DNA of 64,000 nucleotides from Actinomycetota bacterium (lineage in GTDB: Bacteria; Actinomycetota; Acidimicrobiia; IMCC26256; DASPTH01), in contig JBKPCV010000046.1 of NCBI GenBank assembly GCA_046727575.1, forward strand, positions 9,474 to 73,473, written 5' to 3'. Numbering within the stretch: position 1 is the first letter of the stretch; each line of letters opens with the position of its first letter. Of this stretch, positions 54,380-63,300 are shown piece by piece. The notes beneath the pieces were generated by a model. It ran no database searches. It saw only the letters and a program-made list of their open reading frames with translations, and was not told the DNA's origin. The position numbers and the translations under genes are program-made.

Positions 54380-55197
54380 TGGTCCGCGTTGGCGTGACAC
54401 TCCCGTCGTTCCGGGAGGACGCCGGCCCCGCGCTCGCGGTGGCCGCCGCCGCCGAGGCCTCGGGCCTCGACGTCGTCTTCGCGTACGACCACTTGTTCCG
54501 CAGGACCCCCGACGGCGGCCGCCGGCCCGCGCTCGAGCTGTTCACGCTTCTCGGCGCGATCGCCGCCGAGACCCGGCGGATCGCGGTCGGGTCCCTCGTG
54601 GCGCGCGCGACGCTCCGACCGCCCGCAGTCCTCGCGCATGGCTTCGACACCGTGGCGCGCATCGTCGGCAACGATCGGCTCGTCGCCGGCGTCGGCGCCG
54701 GCGACGAGGAGAGTCGCGAGGAGAACGAGAGCTTCGGGCTCGGCTTCGGGACGGTGAGTGAGCGCGTCGAGGCGCTGCGCGACGCGGTCGACGTGACGCG
54801 CGGGCGTGGGTATCCGGTCTGGGTGGGCGGACGCGATCCCGCGGTCCGCGAGCTCGCGGCCGCGCACGCCGACGGGTGGAACCTGTGGGGTGCAGGCCTC
54901 GAAGCGTTTCGCAAACAAGCTGCAACGCTCCGTGCCGCGGCCGCACGCGAACCGTTCACGCTCTCGTGGGGCGGGCTCGTCGTGCTCGATGCGGACGACC
55001 GAGCGGCGGTCGCGAAGGCCGAGCGACTCCAACCGCGCGGTACGGCGATCGTCGGGGGCCCCGCACGCGTCGCGGATGCGTTGCGCGCGTACGCAGAGGC
55101 GGGTGCCGAATGGCTCGCCGTCGGTCCTGTCGATTCGTCCAACCCAGAGAACGCGCGGATCCTCGGTGAGGCGGTGCTACCGCTCCTGCGGGAGTGA
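54379..55197 (+). CDS. luciferase-like monooxygenase (LLM) class oxidoreductase, possibly F420-dependent
   Basis: MVRVGVTLPSF...FAYDHLF...VGAGDEESREENESFG. TGATG overlap with the ROK gene. Confidence 0.7.
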   Translation: MVRVGVTLPSFREDAGPALAVAAAAEASGLDVVFAYDHLFRRTPDGGRRPALELFTLLGAIAAETRRIAVGSLVARATLRPPAVLAHGFDTVARIVGNDRLVAGVGAGDEESREENESFGLGFGTVSERVEALRDAVDVTRGRGYPVWVGGRDPAVRELAAAHADGWNLWGAGLEAFRKQAATLRAAAAREPFTLSWGGLVVLDADDRAAVAKAERLQPRGTAIVGGPARVADALRAYAEAGAEWLAVGPVDSSNPENARILGEAVLPLLRE

Positions 55198-55767
55198 AGG
55201 ACGGGGGCCCTTCAGGTGCACGAAGAGCCCGTCTGCTTCTGCGGTGACCTCGCCCCGCACGGTCAACGCGCCGCGAACGTGCACGCGCTTGCCCTCGACG
55301 CGGGGCCACGGCACGCGGAACTCCACGGGCGCTCGCACCGGCGTGGGCTTCCGGTAGCGGACAGTGAGCTTCCCGGTCATGCCGGGGAAGCCGGCCTGTA
55401 CGTTCGCCCATCCGAGGACCTCGTCGAACGCGTACGCGATCCAGCCTCCGTGAACGGTGCCGGGCGGGCCGCTATGGCCGTTCGAGAACTCGCCGCGCGC
55501 GGTGAGCGCGTGTTCGTCCCGCTCGAAACGCCACTCCGGCATCGGCACGCGCCGTCCGTCGAACGGAACCAAGCGTCGTTCGACCGGTAGCTGTGCGAGC
55601 GCCGCTTCGAGTTCCGACGTCACCCGGTCGAGCGAGTGCGCGACGGCATGGAGCGTCGGTGCGTCGAGCGGGCGTGCGTCGACCGCCGCGTCGAGCAGTC
55701 GGCGCAGTGCGCCGGCGAGGACCGCGTATTCCTCGGTGCCACGCTCACGAAACGGATCCGGCGGCAC
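55177..55767 (-). CDS. PaaI/hotdog-fold thioesterase
   Basis: GTVHGGWIAYAFDEVLG...MTGKLTVRYRKP. GTG start. Confidence 0.75.
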   Translation of the reverse strand: MPPDPFRERGTEEYAVLAGALRRLLDAAVDARPLDAPTLHAVAHSLDRVTSELEAALAQLPVERRLVPFDGRRVPMPEWRFERDEHALTARGEFSNGHSGPPGTVHGGWIAYAFDEVLGWANVQAGFPGMTGKLTVRYRKPTPVRAPVEFRVPWPRVEGKRVHVRGALTVRGEVTAEADGLFVHLKGPRPSLPQER

Positions 55768-55828
55768 GGGCGAAAGCTACCCGGACCGCGAACACGGTCC
55801 TGGTACCGTGCTCCCGAAGCGAACGTCA

Positions 55829-55851
55829 GCGCCGCAGGTACCCTGCGGCGC
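55829..55851. promoter_or_regulatory. perfect 10-bp-arm inverted repeat GCGCCGCAGG-TAC-CCTGCGGCGC in a divergent promoter region
   Basis: Direct reading. It lies 48 nt upstream of the aminotransferase ATG. A 20/23-identical copy is at 62976-62998. Confidence 0.45.
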
Positions 55852-55898
55852 AGTGAGCGTGGCCTGAGCGGCCTGGCCGCAGGCCGAGAGCGGGAGAG

Positions 55899-57074
55899 AT
55901 GGAGTTCCGCCGGATCAACGCGTTGCCGCCGTACGTCCTCGGTGTGATGGACGCGTTGAAGATCGAGGCACGGCGCGCGGGCGAGGACGTCATCGACCTC
56001 GGCTTCGGCAACCCCGACATCCCGTCGCCCGACGTCGCGGTGAAGAAGCTGGCCGAGGCAGTCGAGAACCCACGGAACCATCGATACTCGTCGAGCCGCG
56101 GCATCCCGAAGCTTCGCCTCGCGGTGACGGAGCTGTACCGCCGTCGCTTCGGCGTCGACCTCGATCCGGACACACAAGCGTGCTCCACCATCGGGGCGAA
56201 GGAGGGCTTCTCGCACCTCATGTGGGTGTTGCTCGCGCCGGGTGACGCCGCGCTGGTCCCGAGCCCGTCGTACCCGATCCACATCTGGGGGCCGTTGTTC
56301 GCGGGCGCCGAGGTTCGCCATGTACGACTCGGCCCGCAGCAGGACTTCTTCGCCAACCTGCTCGAAGGCTGGGAGGACTCGTGGCCGCGCCCGCGCATCA
56401 TCGTCCTCTCGTTCCCGCACAATCCGACCACCGCGTGTGTCGACCTCGACTTCATGACGCGGGTCGTCGACTTCGCACGTGAGCGCGACGTCTTGCTCGT
56501 GCACGACTTCGCCTACGCCGATCTCGGCTTCGACGGTTACGAGCCGCCGTCGATCCTCCAGGTCCCGGGTGCGACCGACGTCGCGGTCGAGCTCTACACG
56601 CTCACGAAGTCGTTCTCGATGGCCGGGTGGCGCATGGGGTTCCTGCTCGGCAACGCCGAAGCAGTGGCCGCGCTCGCCAAGCTGAAGAGCTACCTCGACT
56701 ACGGAACGTTCCAGCCGATCCAGATCGCGTCCATTGTGGCGATGAACGAAGCTCCCGAGTACCCGGCCGTCGTGAACCAGGTGTATCGCGGTCGCCGTGA
56801 CGCGCTGATCGACGGCCTCGCGCGCCTCGGATGGGAGATCGAGAAGCCCAAGGGCACGATGTTCGTTTGGGCGCCGGTCCCCGAGCCCTACGAGGAGCTC
56901 GGGAGCCTGGAATTCGCCAAGCTGCTCGTGCGCGACGCCAAGGTCGCGGTGTCGCCCGGTGTCGGATTCGGGCCCGGCGGCGAGGGCTTCGTACGGTTCG
57001 CGCTCGTGGAGAACGAGCACCGCATCGGGCAGGCCGTCCGCGGTATCCGACGGGCGCTCACCAAGCTCGGCTGA
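55899..57074 (+). CDS. class I/II PLP-dependent aminotransferase (AlaA/AspC-like)
   Basis: INALPPYVLGVMD...DLGFGNPD...SFPHNPT...TLTKSFSMAGWRMGF. Confidence 0.85.
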   Translation: MEFRRINALPPYVLGVMDALKIEARRAGEDVIDLGFGNPDIPSPDVAVKKLAEAVENPRNHRYSSSRGIPKLRLAVTELYRRRFGVDLDPDTQACSTIGAKEGFSHLMWVLLAPGDAALVPSPSYPIHIWGPLFAGAEVRHVRLGPQQDFFANLLEGWEDSWPRPRIIVLSFPHNPTTACVDLDFMTRVVDFARERDVLLVHDFAYADLGFDGYEPPSILQVPGATDVAVELYTLTKSFSMAGWRMGFLLGNAEAVAALAKLKSYLDYGTFQPIQIASIVAMNEAPEYPAVVNQVYRGRRDALIDGLARLGWEIEKPKGTMFVWAPVPEPYEELGSLEFAKLLVRDAKVAVSPGVGFGPGGEGFVRFALVENEHRIGQAVRGIRRALTKLG

Positions 57075-57126
57075 GAAGTGAGCGGATCATCGGCGTCTGC
57101 CTCGCGCGCCTTCTCCGCTCAGGTCC

Positions 57127-58614
57127 TCATAACTCGGGGCTCGTCCAGCCCCGCGCGCGTTGGACGCCCTGGTGCCACAGGGCCCGGCGGGCTTCGAGGT
57201 CAGGCAGCCGCCGGGGCGTGAACGAAGCGTCCTCGTGCCACGCGCCGGCTGCCTCCTCCGGCGACGCCCAGATCCCGACGCCCAAGCCCGCGAGCAGCGC
57301 GGCGCCGAGCGCGGTGGTCTCGCGCATGACCGGTCGGCGCACCGTGACCCCGAGCAAGTCGGCCTGGAATTGGCAGAGCACGTCCATCACGCTCGCACCA
57401 CCGTCGACGCGCAGTTCGGTGACCGCCGTTCCACCAGAGGCCGCGATCGCGTCGACCACGTCGGCGGTCTGCCAGCCCATTGCCTCCACAGCCGCGCGGA
57501 CGATGTGCGCGCGTGTCGTGCCGCGTGTCAGCCCGAGCACCGCGCCGCGCGCCGCCGGATCCCAGTAGGGCGATCCGAGGCCCGTGAATGCCGGCACGAA
57601 CACGACTCCGCCGGTGTCGGCGACGCTCTCGGTGAGCGGCCCGGCCTCCGCGGCGTCGTCGATGATGCCGAGCCCGTCGCGCAACCATTGCAGAGCGGCT
57701 CCGGTCACGAACACCGATCCCTCGAGCGCGTACGTCGCCTCCGCGCCGAGCATCCATGCCACCGTGACGAGGAGGCCCTCGACCGGTGCGGGATGCGTGG
57801 TCCCGAGGTTGACGAGCACGAACGACCCCGTCCCGTAGGTGTTCTTGCTCATGCCCGGGGTGAAGCACGCCTGGCCGAAGAGGGCGGCCTGCTGGTCGCC
57901 GGCGATTCCGCTCACCGGTACACGGAGACCGGCCGCGCGTGCGGGGACCGTCGTGCTGAATCGTCCGCTCGTCGGCAGCACGTCCGGCAGACAGGAGCGG
58001 GGAACGTCGAACAGGTCCAGCAAGTCGTCGGACCAGTCGAGTGCATCGATGTCGAACAACAGGGTGCGGCTGGCGTTCGAAGCCTCGGTCGCATGCACAC
58101 CGCCTGAGGCGCCGCCGGTCAGGTTCCAGAGGATCCACGAGTCGACGGTGCCGAACGCGAGGTTGGCGCTGCGTTCGACTCCGCCGTCGTGCAGCAGCCA
58201 CTCGAGCTTGGTGGCAGAGAAGTACGGGTCGAGCACCAGCCCTGTGCGCTCGCGTACCAGTGACTCGTGTCCGGCGTCGCGCAGCGCGGCGCACCGGTCG
58301 GCGGTCCGCCGGTCCTGCCACACGAGCGCACGGTGCAGCGGGGCACCGCGGGCGCGGTCCCACACCACGGTCGTCTCGCGCTGGTTGGTGATCCCGATCC
58401 CGGCAACCGCTCCGCGGTCGAGCGCGGCGACGACCTCGGCGAGCGTCTCAGTGACGGCACGCCAGATGTCATCGGCGTCGTGCTCGACCCATCCCGGCTG
58501 CGGGAAGTGCTGCGCGAACTCGCGATACGAGTACGCCCGCGGATTGCCCGTCTCGTCGATGGCGACCGTTCGAACTCCCGTCGTGCCGGCGTCGATGGCG
58601 AGGACCACGCTCAT
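57127..58614 (-). CDS. glpK: glycerol kinase
   Basis: LAIDAGTTGVRTVA...PGWVEHDADDIW...VWQDRRT, 495 aa. Confidence 0.92.
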   Translation of the reverse strand: MSVVLAIDAGTTGVRTVAIDETGNPRAYSYREFAQHFPQPGWVEHDADDIWRAVTETLAEVVAALDRGAVAGIGITNQRETTVVWDRARGAPLHRALVWQDRRTADRCAALRDAGHESLVRERTGLVLDPYFSATKLEWLLHDGGVERSANLAFGTVDSWILWNLTGGASGGVHATEASNASRTLLFDIDALDWSDDLLDLFDVPRSCLPDVLPTSGRFSTTVPARAAGLRVPVSGIAGDQQAALFGQACFTPGMSKNTYGTGSFVLVNLGTTHPAPVEGLLVTVAWMLGAEATYALEGSVFVTGAALQWLRDGLGIIDDAAEAGPLTESVADTGGVVFVPAFTGLGSPYWDPAARGAVLGLTRGTTRAHIVRAAVEAMGWQTADVVDAIAASGGTAVTELRVDGGASVMDVLCQFQADLLGVTVRRPVMRETTALGAALLAGLGVGIWASPEEAAGAWHEDASFTPRRLPDLEARRALWHQGVQRARGWTSPEL

Positions 58615-59042
58615 GGCGCCGGACGCGCGGAACGGATCGTCCGCGCCAGCTCGTGCCCCGAGGCGCGGTCGCGGGTGCGGAATTCCAACACGAGACGCCG
58701 CTCGTCGCCGGCGTCGAGCAGGACCTGGTACAGCAGGAGCCGCGGCCGCGCCCGTACGAGCTCGAGCGTCGCGAGCGGTTCGGCGAGGACGCAGGCCGCC
58801 GTCGCCCCTCGGCGCGGCCGGGAGAACAGGAGCAGACGGGCGTCGGTCAGCGCAAGGAGATGCAATCGACGTCGTCGGAAGAGCAACGGCGCGGCGGTGA
58901 TGCGCGCCGCCCAGACCTCACTGGTTGCGATCAGCTCTTCGCTCGCGGACAGCTGAGGCTCGGCGAGCGACGTGATCTGCTCGCGCCGTCTCCGCCGTCT
59001 CATCGTCGCCGCCTGCTCACGCCCTCCGGTCCCCAGGTCCAC
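58611..59042 (-). CDS. hypothetical protein, possibly a bacterial PH-like domain
   Basis: ATGA overlap with the glpK start. LHLLALTDARLLLF...RRLVLEF resembles bPH-type strands. The start is GTG 59042 or ATG 59003. Confidence 0.45.
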   Translation of the reverse strand: MDLGTGGREQAATMRRRRRREQITSLAEPQLSASEELIATSEVWAARITAAPLLFRRRRLHLLALTDARLLLFSRPRRGATAACVLAEPLATLELVRARPRLLLYQVLLDAGDERRLVLEFRTRDRASGHELARTIRSARPAP

Positions 59043-59127
59043 GGCAGGTTACCGATGGCGGTGCTTGGGTAGCCCGCCGCGATCCGAGGGCCAACATGGT
59101 TGGGAACGTCCGACCAGAGGAGGCGTC

Positions 59128-60156
59128 ATGCGAATCGGCGTGCTGACCGGCGGTGGGGACTGCCCGGGCCTCAATGCGGTGATCCGTGCGGTCGTCCGGA
59201 AGGGCGAAGGCATCTACGGGCACCAGATCATCGGTTTCCGGCACGGCTGGCGAGGAGTGATGGACGACGAAGCCGTCGACCTGACGATCGCGGGGACGCG
59301 TGGTCTGGTCCACCGCGGTGGGACGATTCTCGGGACCTCACGGACGAACCCGGTGAAGACCGAGAACGGCATGGAGCGCGTGCGACAAACCCTCGACCGC
59401 GATCGGATCAACGCGCTCATCGTGATCGGTGGCGAGGACACGCTCGGGGTCGCCGCGGCACTGGCCCGCGACGGCGTGCCCGCCGTCGGCGTCCCGAAGA
59501 CGATCGACAACGACCTGTCGGCGACGGATTTCACGTTCGGCTTCCACACGGCGGTGCAGATCGCGACCGACGCGATCGATCGTCTCCACACCACCGCCGA
59601 GAGCCACGACCGCGTCATGGTGGTGGAGGTGATGGGTCGTCATGCCGGTTGGATCGCGACCTACGCGGGCATCGCGGGTGGCGCCGACATCGTGCTCGTG
59701 CCGGAGCAGCCGTTCGACATCGGCGAGGTCTGCGACCGGATCGAGCACCGCCACCGCCAAGGGTCGAACTTCTCGATCGTCGTGGTGGCCGAGGGCGCGG
59801 TGCCCGCCGAGGGCGCGATCGCGCTCCAGAGCGGCGACGTGGACGAGTTCGGCCATGTCCGCCTCGGCGGGATCAGCAACGTCGTCGCGGGTGCCATCGA
59901 GCAGCACACCGGTTACGAGACGCGAGTGACGATCCTCGGTCATGTGCTCCGGGGCGGCACGCCGACCGCGTACGACCGTGTGCTCGCGACGCGACTGGGC
60001 GTCGCTGCGACCGACGCGGTGCAAGCGGGCGAGTTCGGGACGATGGTGGCGCTGCACGGTGCGCGCATCGAGCGCGTTCCGATCGACGACGCGCTGCGCG
60101 AGTTGAAGACGGTGGATCCCGAACTGGTCGACGTGGCGAGCGTGTTCTTCGCCTGA
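59128..60156 (+). CDS. pfkA: 6-phosphofructokinase
   Basis: MRIGVLTGGGDCPGLNAVIRAVV...GGEDTLGVA...PKTIDNDL...MGRHAGW. SD GAGGAGG. Confidence 0.9.
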   Translation: MRIGVLTGGGDCPGLNAVIRAVVRKGEGIYGHQIIGFRHGWRGVMDDEAVDLTIAGTRGLVHRGGTILGTSRTNPVKTENGMERVRQTLDRDRINALIVIGGEDTLGVAAALARDGVPAVGVPKTIDNDLSATDFTFGFHTAVQIATDAIDRLHTTAESHDRVMVVEVMGRHAGWIATYAGIAGGADIVLVPEQPFDIGEVCDRIEHRHRQGSNFSIVVVAEGAVPAEGAIALQSGDVDEFGHVRLGGISNVVAGAIEQHTGYETRVTILGHVLRGGTPTAYDRVLATRLGVAATDAVQAGEFGTMVALHGARIERVPIDDALRELKTVDPELVDVASVFFA

Positions 60157-60183
60157 CGCCTGGAATCGCCGGACGCCTGGAAT
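60155..60183 (+). repeat. 12-bp direct repeat GACGCCTGGAAT x2 separated by 5 bp
   Basis: 60155-60166 and 60172-60183 are identical. The first copy overlaps the pfkA stop codon. The second ends 14 nt before the tesB ATG. Confidence 0.6.
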
Positions 60184-60197
60184 AAGGTCGTCGGTGC

Positions 60198-61052
60198 ATG
60201 GGAACCGCGCTCGACGACCTCGTCGACATCCTCGACCTCGAACGGCTCGAGGTGAACCTGTTCCGCGGCGTCAGCCCCGAGGAGGGCCGCGTCCGCGTGT
60301 TCGGTGGGCAGGTCCTGGCGCAGGCGCTCATCGCCGCCGGTCGTACCGTCGACGCCGACATCCCGGTGCACTCGCTCCACACGTATTTCCTCCGGCCAGG
60401 TGATCCGCAGATACCCATCGTCTTCGACGTCGACCGCATCCGGGACGGTCGCAGCTTCACCACCCGACGCGTCGTCGCGATCCAGCACGGTCGTGCGATC
60501 TTCAACATGGCGAGCTCGTTCCATGTCGTCGAGGACGGACCCGAGCACACCGACGCCATGCCTGACGTCCCGGAGCCCGAGGCGCTCGAGTCGGCGCCCA
60601 AACCGGAGTGGCGGCGGCCGGACCTGGCGAGGAGTGCCGCCGAGTGGCGCAAGGAACAGCCGATCGAGATGCGCTTCGTGGGTACGCCGACGTGGGCACG
60701 CACCGAGCACGGCGAGCCCGTCCAGGACGTATGGCAGCGCACCGTCGGCCCGTTGCCGGACGATCCGCTCCTGCACGCGGCCATCGTGGCGTACGCGTCG
60801 GACTACATCCTGCTGAGCACGGCCACGCTGCCGCACGCAGCCGGATGGAGCGACGGCAAGTTCATGACCGCGAGTCTCGACCACGTGATGTGGTTCCACC
60901 GACCCTGCCGTGCCGACGACTGGCTGCTGTACCACCTGCAGAGTCCCGCTGCGGCGCGCGGGCGTGGTCTGTCGGTCGGGGCGATCTTCCGGAGCGACGG
61001 CGTGCAGTGCATCACCGTCGCGCAGGAAGGTCTCCTCCGACCGGCGAAGTAG
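60198..61052 (+). CDS. tesB: acyl-CoA thioesterase II
   Basis: LERLEVNLFRG...VFGGQVLAQAL...HSLHTYFLRPGD...DGRSF. Confidence 0.85.
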   Translation: MGTALDDLVDILDLERLEVNLFRGVSPEEGRVRVFGGQVLAQALIAAGRTVDADIPVHSLHTYFLRPGDPQIPIVFDVDRIRDGRSFTTRRVVAIQHGRAIFNMASSFHVVEDGPEHTDAMPDVPEPEALESAPKPEWRRPDLARSAAEWRKEQPIEMRFVGTPTWARTEHGEPVQDVWQRTVGPLPDDPLLHAAIVAYASDYILLSTATLPHAAGWSDGKFMTASLDHVMWFHRPCRADDWLLYHLQSPAAARGRGLSVGAIFRSDGVQCITVAQEGLLRPAK

Positions 61053-61071
61053 GCACAGGACGTCCCGAGCC

Positions 61072-62112
61072 GTGCCGTCGCCGTCGGGCCTCGTCGACCT
61101 CCGGTCCGACACTGTCACCACGCCGACCCCTGAGATGCGCCGGGCCATGGCGGACGCCGACGTGGGTGACGACGCGTACCGCGAGGATCCCACCGTCCGC
61201 CGGCTGGAGTCGCTCGCCGCGTCGTTGCTCCGGAAGCAGGCGGCGCTCTATGTCCCCTCGGGGACCATGGCCAACCAGCTCGCGCTGCGGCTCGTCGGGC
61301 GGGCAGGCACGGACGTGCTCTGTGCCGAACGCGCCCACGTCTATCGCCACGAGCACGCCGCTGCCGCCGGCAACGCGCGCGTCCAGCTTCGTCCGCTGCC
61401 GGATGCCGACGGGCGCCTTGCGGTCGCCGACGTCCAACACGCGATCGCGTCACAGCAGCATCACCTCCCGGAGATCTCCGCCCTCACGGTCGAGAACACG
61501 CACATGCCCGCGAGCGGACGGCCGTGGCGCGCGGCAGAGATCGACGACGTCGCGGGCGCCGCACACGCGCACGGTTTGGCGGTGCACTGCGACGGCGCGC
61601 GCATCTGGAACGCAAGCGTCGCGCTCGGTGTGTCACCTGCGGTGCTCGCTTCTGCGACCGACACGGTGATGTTCTGCTTGTCGAAGGGTCTGTCGGCGCC
61701 CGTCGGGTCGCTGCTGCTCGGAGCCCACGACGCGATCGGGGCTGCACGCGAAGACCGGTCGCGTCTCGGCGGCGGCATGCGCCAGGCCGGTGTGATCGCG
61801 GCGGCGGGCGTCGTCGCGCTCGAGACCATGGTGCAGCGACTCGCCGACGATCACGAACGCGCACGCCGGCTGGCGGTAGCCCTCGCGGAACGTTTTCCCG
61901 GCAGCGTCGATCCGAAGCATGTGGAGACCAACATCGTGTGCGTGTGCGCGAGCGCGCTGCCGCACAACCTGCTTCCGTCGCTCGCCGAGCGCGGCGTTCT
62001 CGCGGGGACCATCGACGTCGACACGGTGCGATTCGTCACGCACAAGGACGTCGACGACGCCGATCTCGCTCGCGCGATCGCGGCGCTCGACGACCTCGCG
62101 CTCGGTCGCTGA
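61072..62112 (+). CDS. ltaE: low-specificity L-threonine aldolase (beta-eliminating lyase family)
   Basis: VDLRSDTVTTPTPEMRRAMADADVGDDAYREDPTV...GTMANQLAL...FCLSKGL (PLP Lys). GTG start at 61072. Confidence 0.8.
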   Translation: MPSPSGLVDLRSDTVTTPTPEMRRAMADADVGDDAYREDPTVRRLESLAASLLRKQAALYVPSGTMANQLALRLVGRAGTDVLCAERAHVYRHEHAAAAGNARVQLRPLPDADGRLAVADVQHAIASQQHHLPEISALTVENTHMPASGRPWRAAEIDDVAGAAHAHGLAVHCDGARIWNASVALGVSPAVLASATDTVMFCLSKGLSAPVGSLLLGAHDAIGAAREDRSRLGGGMRQAGVIAAAGVVALETMVQRLADDHERARRLAVALAERFPGSVDPKHVETNIVCVCASALPHNLLPSLAERGVLAGTIDVDTVRFVTHKDVDDADLARAIAALDDLALGR

Positions 62113-62144
62113 ACGACTACTACCCTCGGGCGGTGGCCGATGAG

Positions 62145-62846
62145 ATGCCTGCCAGCGCGCTCGCCGTGTACGCACATCCCGACGACGCGGAGATCGCGGC
62201 GGGAGGGACGCTCGCGAAGTGGGCGGCGGCCGGCGCGTCGGTGTGGGTCCTCGTCACCGCACGCGGTGACAAGGGCACTGACGTTCGCGACGCCGATCCC
62301 GACGCGCTGGCGGCGCTGCGCGTGGAAGAGACGGCGAAGGCGGCTGCCCGGCTCGGCCTCGCCGGGCACTTCCACCTCGGGTACGACGACGGTGAACTGG
62401 CCGACGACCGCGAGCTGCGCGGCGCGATCGTTCGGTACGTGCGCGAGCTGCGCCCCGATGTCGTGTTGTGCCCCGATCCGACCGCAGTGTTCTTCGGTGA
62501 CGGCTACTTCAACCATCACGACCACCGCGTCACTGGTTGGGCGACGCTCGATGCGGTTGCCCCGGCGGCAGGGAACCCGCACTACTTCCCTGAGCACCTG
62601 CGCAGCGGCCTCGACGTGCACCAGGTCCGAGCCGTCTACCTGTCGGGAACGCTCGAGCCGAATTGCTGGATCGACATCCAGGCGACGCTCGAGCGCAAGA
62701 TCGACGGGCTCTTCTGCCACCAGAGCCGCCTGGTCGAGGCCGACGAATCGTTCCGCGAGTTCCTGAGGGAGCGCGCCGAGCAGGGCGGTCGCGGTGCGGG
62801 CCTTCGTTACGCGGAGCCGTTCCGCCGTCTCACCTTCGCGACTTAG
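62145..62846 (+). CDS. PIG-L/LmbE family deacetylase (paralog 3)
   Basis: ALAVYAHPDDAEIAAGGTLAKWAAAGASVWVLVTARGDKG ... HHDH. The start is ATG 62145 or GTG 62133. Confidence 0.8.
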   Translation: MPASALAVYAHPDDAEIAAGGTLAKWAAAGASVWVLVTARGDKGTDVRDADPDALAALRVEETAKAAARLGLAGHFHLGYDDGELADDRELRGAIVRYVRELRPDVVLCPDPTAVFFGDGYFNHHDHRVTGWATLDAVAPAAGNPHYFPEHLRSGLDVHQVRAVYLSGTLEPNCWIDIQATLERKIDGLFCHQSRLVEADESFREFLRERAEQGGRGAGLRYAEPFRRLTFAT

Positions 62847-62880
62847 CGGCGCTGTTCCCGCTCTGGGCGCCTTCCTGAAT

Positions 62881-62930
62881 GGCTCGCTCCCTGCGAGCCG
62901 GGGTACCCGGCCCGCGGCCGTCCGCTCGCG
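62881..62930 (+). repeat. degenerate relative of the hairpin element
   Basis: GCGAGCCGGG-GTA-CCCGGC (62893-62911) shares the first 10 nt and the stem with the 31-nt core. The flanks contain GCTCGC/CGCTCGCG but otherwise differ. Confidence 0.35.
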
Positions 62931-62985
62931 TCGGCGCCGGGCCGCTCCAAATTCCGCCCCGGCGAACGCCTCGCTGCGCCGCAGG

Positions 62986-63228
62986 TTACCTCCGGCGCGG
63001 CCGCTCGGCTCTGGTCCGGTTCCACTCCGACATCGCGCGCAGCACGAGCACGGCGACGATGCCGACACCGCTCGCAGCAATCACCGCGCCGAGCAACGTG
63101 CCCAGGAACCGGCCGGCGTCCGAGTCCGAGCTCACGTCGGCGATGCCGAAGCCGATGATGCCGCCGAGGATGCCCGCGACCACGACTCCGGAGAACGCCA
63201 CCAGGAACGCCGTGCGTGACGGGAGCAT
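62986..63228 (-). CDS. small two-TM membrane protein (hypothetical)
   Basis: MLPSRTAFLVAFSGVVVAGILGGIIGFGIA...LGTLLGAVIAASGVGIVAVLVL. Divergent from the mannose synthase gene. An alternative GTG start is at 63294. Confidence 0.45.
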   Translation of the reverse strand: MLPSRTAFLVAFSGVVVAGILGGIIGFGIADVSSDSDAGRFLGTLLGAVIAASGVGIVAVLVLRAMSEWNRTRAERPRRR

Positions 63229-63300
63229 CGGCGGTACTTCGTCCGCCGCGCCGCGCTCCTCCCGCGGCGCCGATGGTTCGGGCGCGTCGGTCACGACCCG

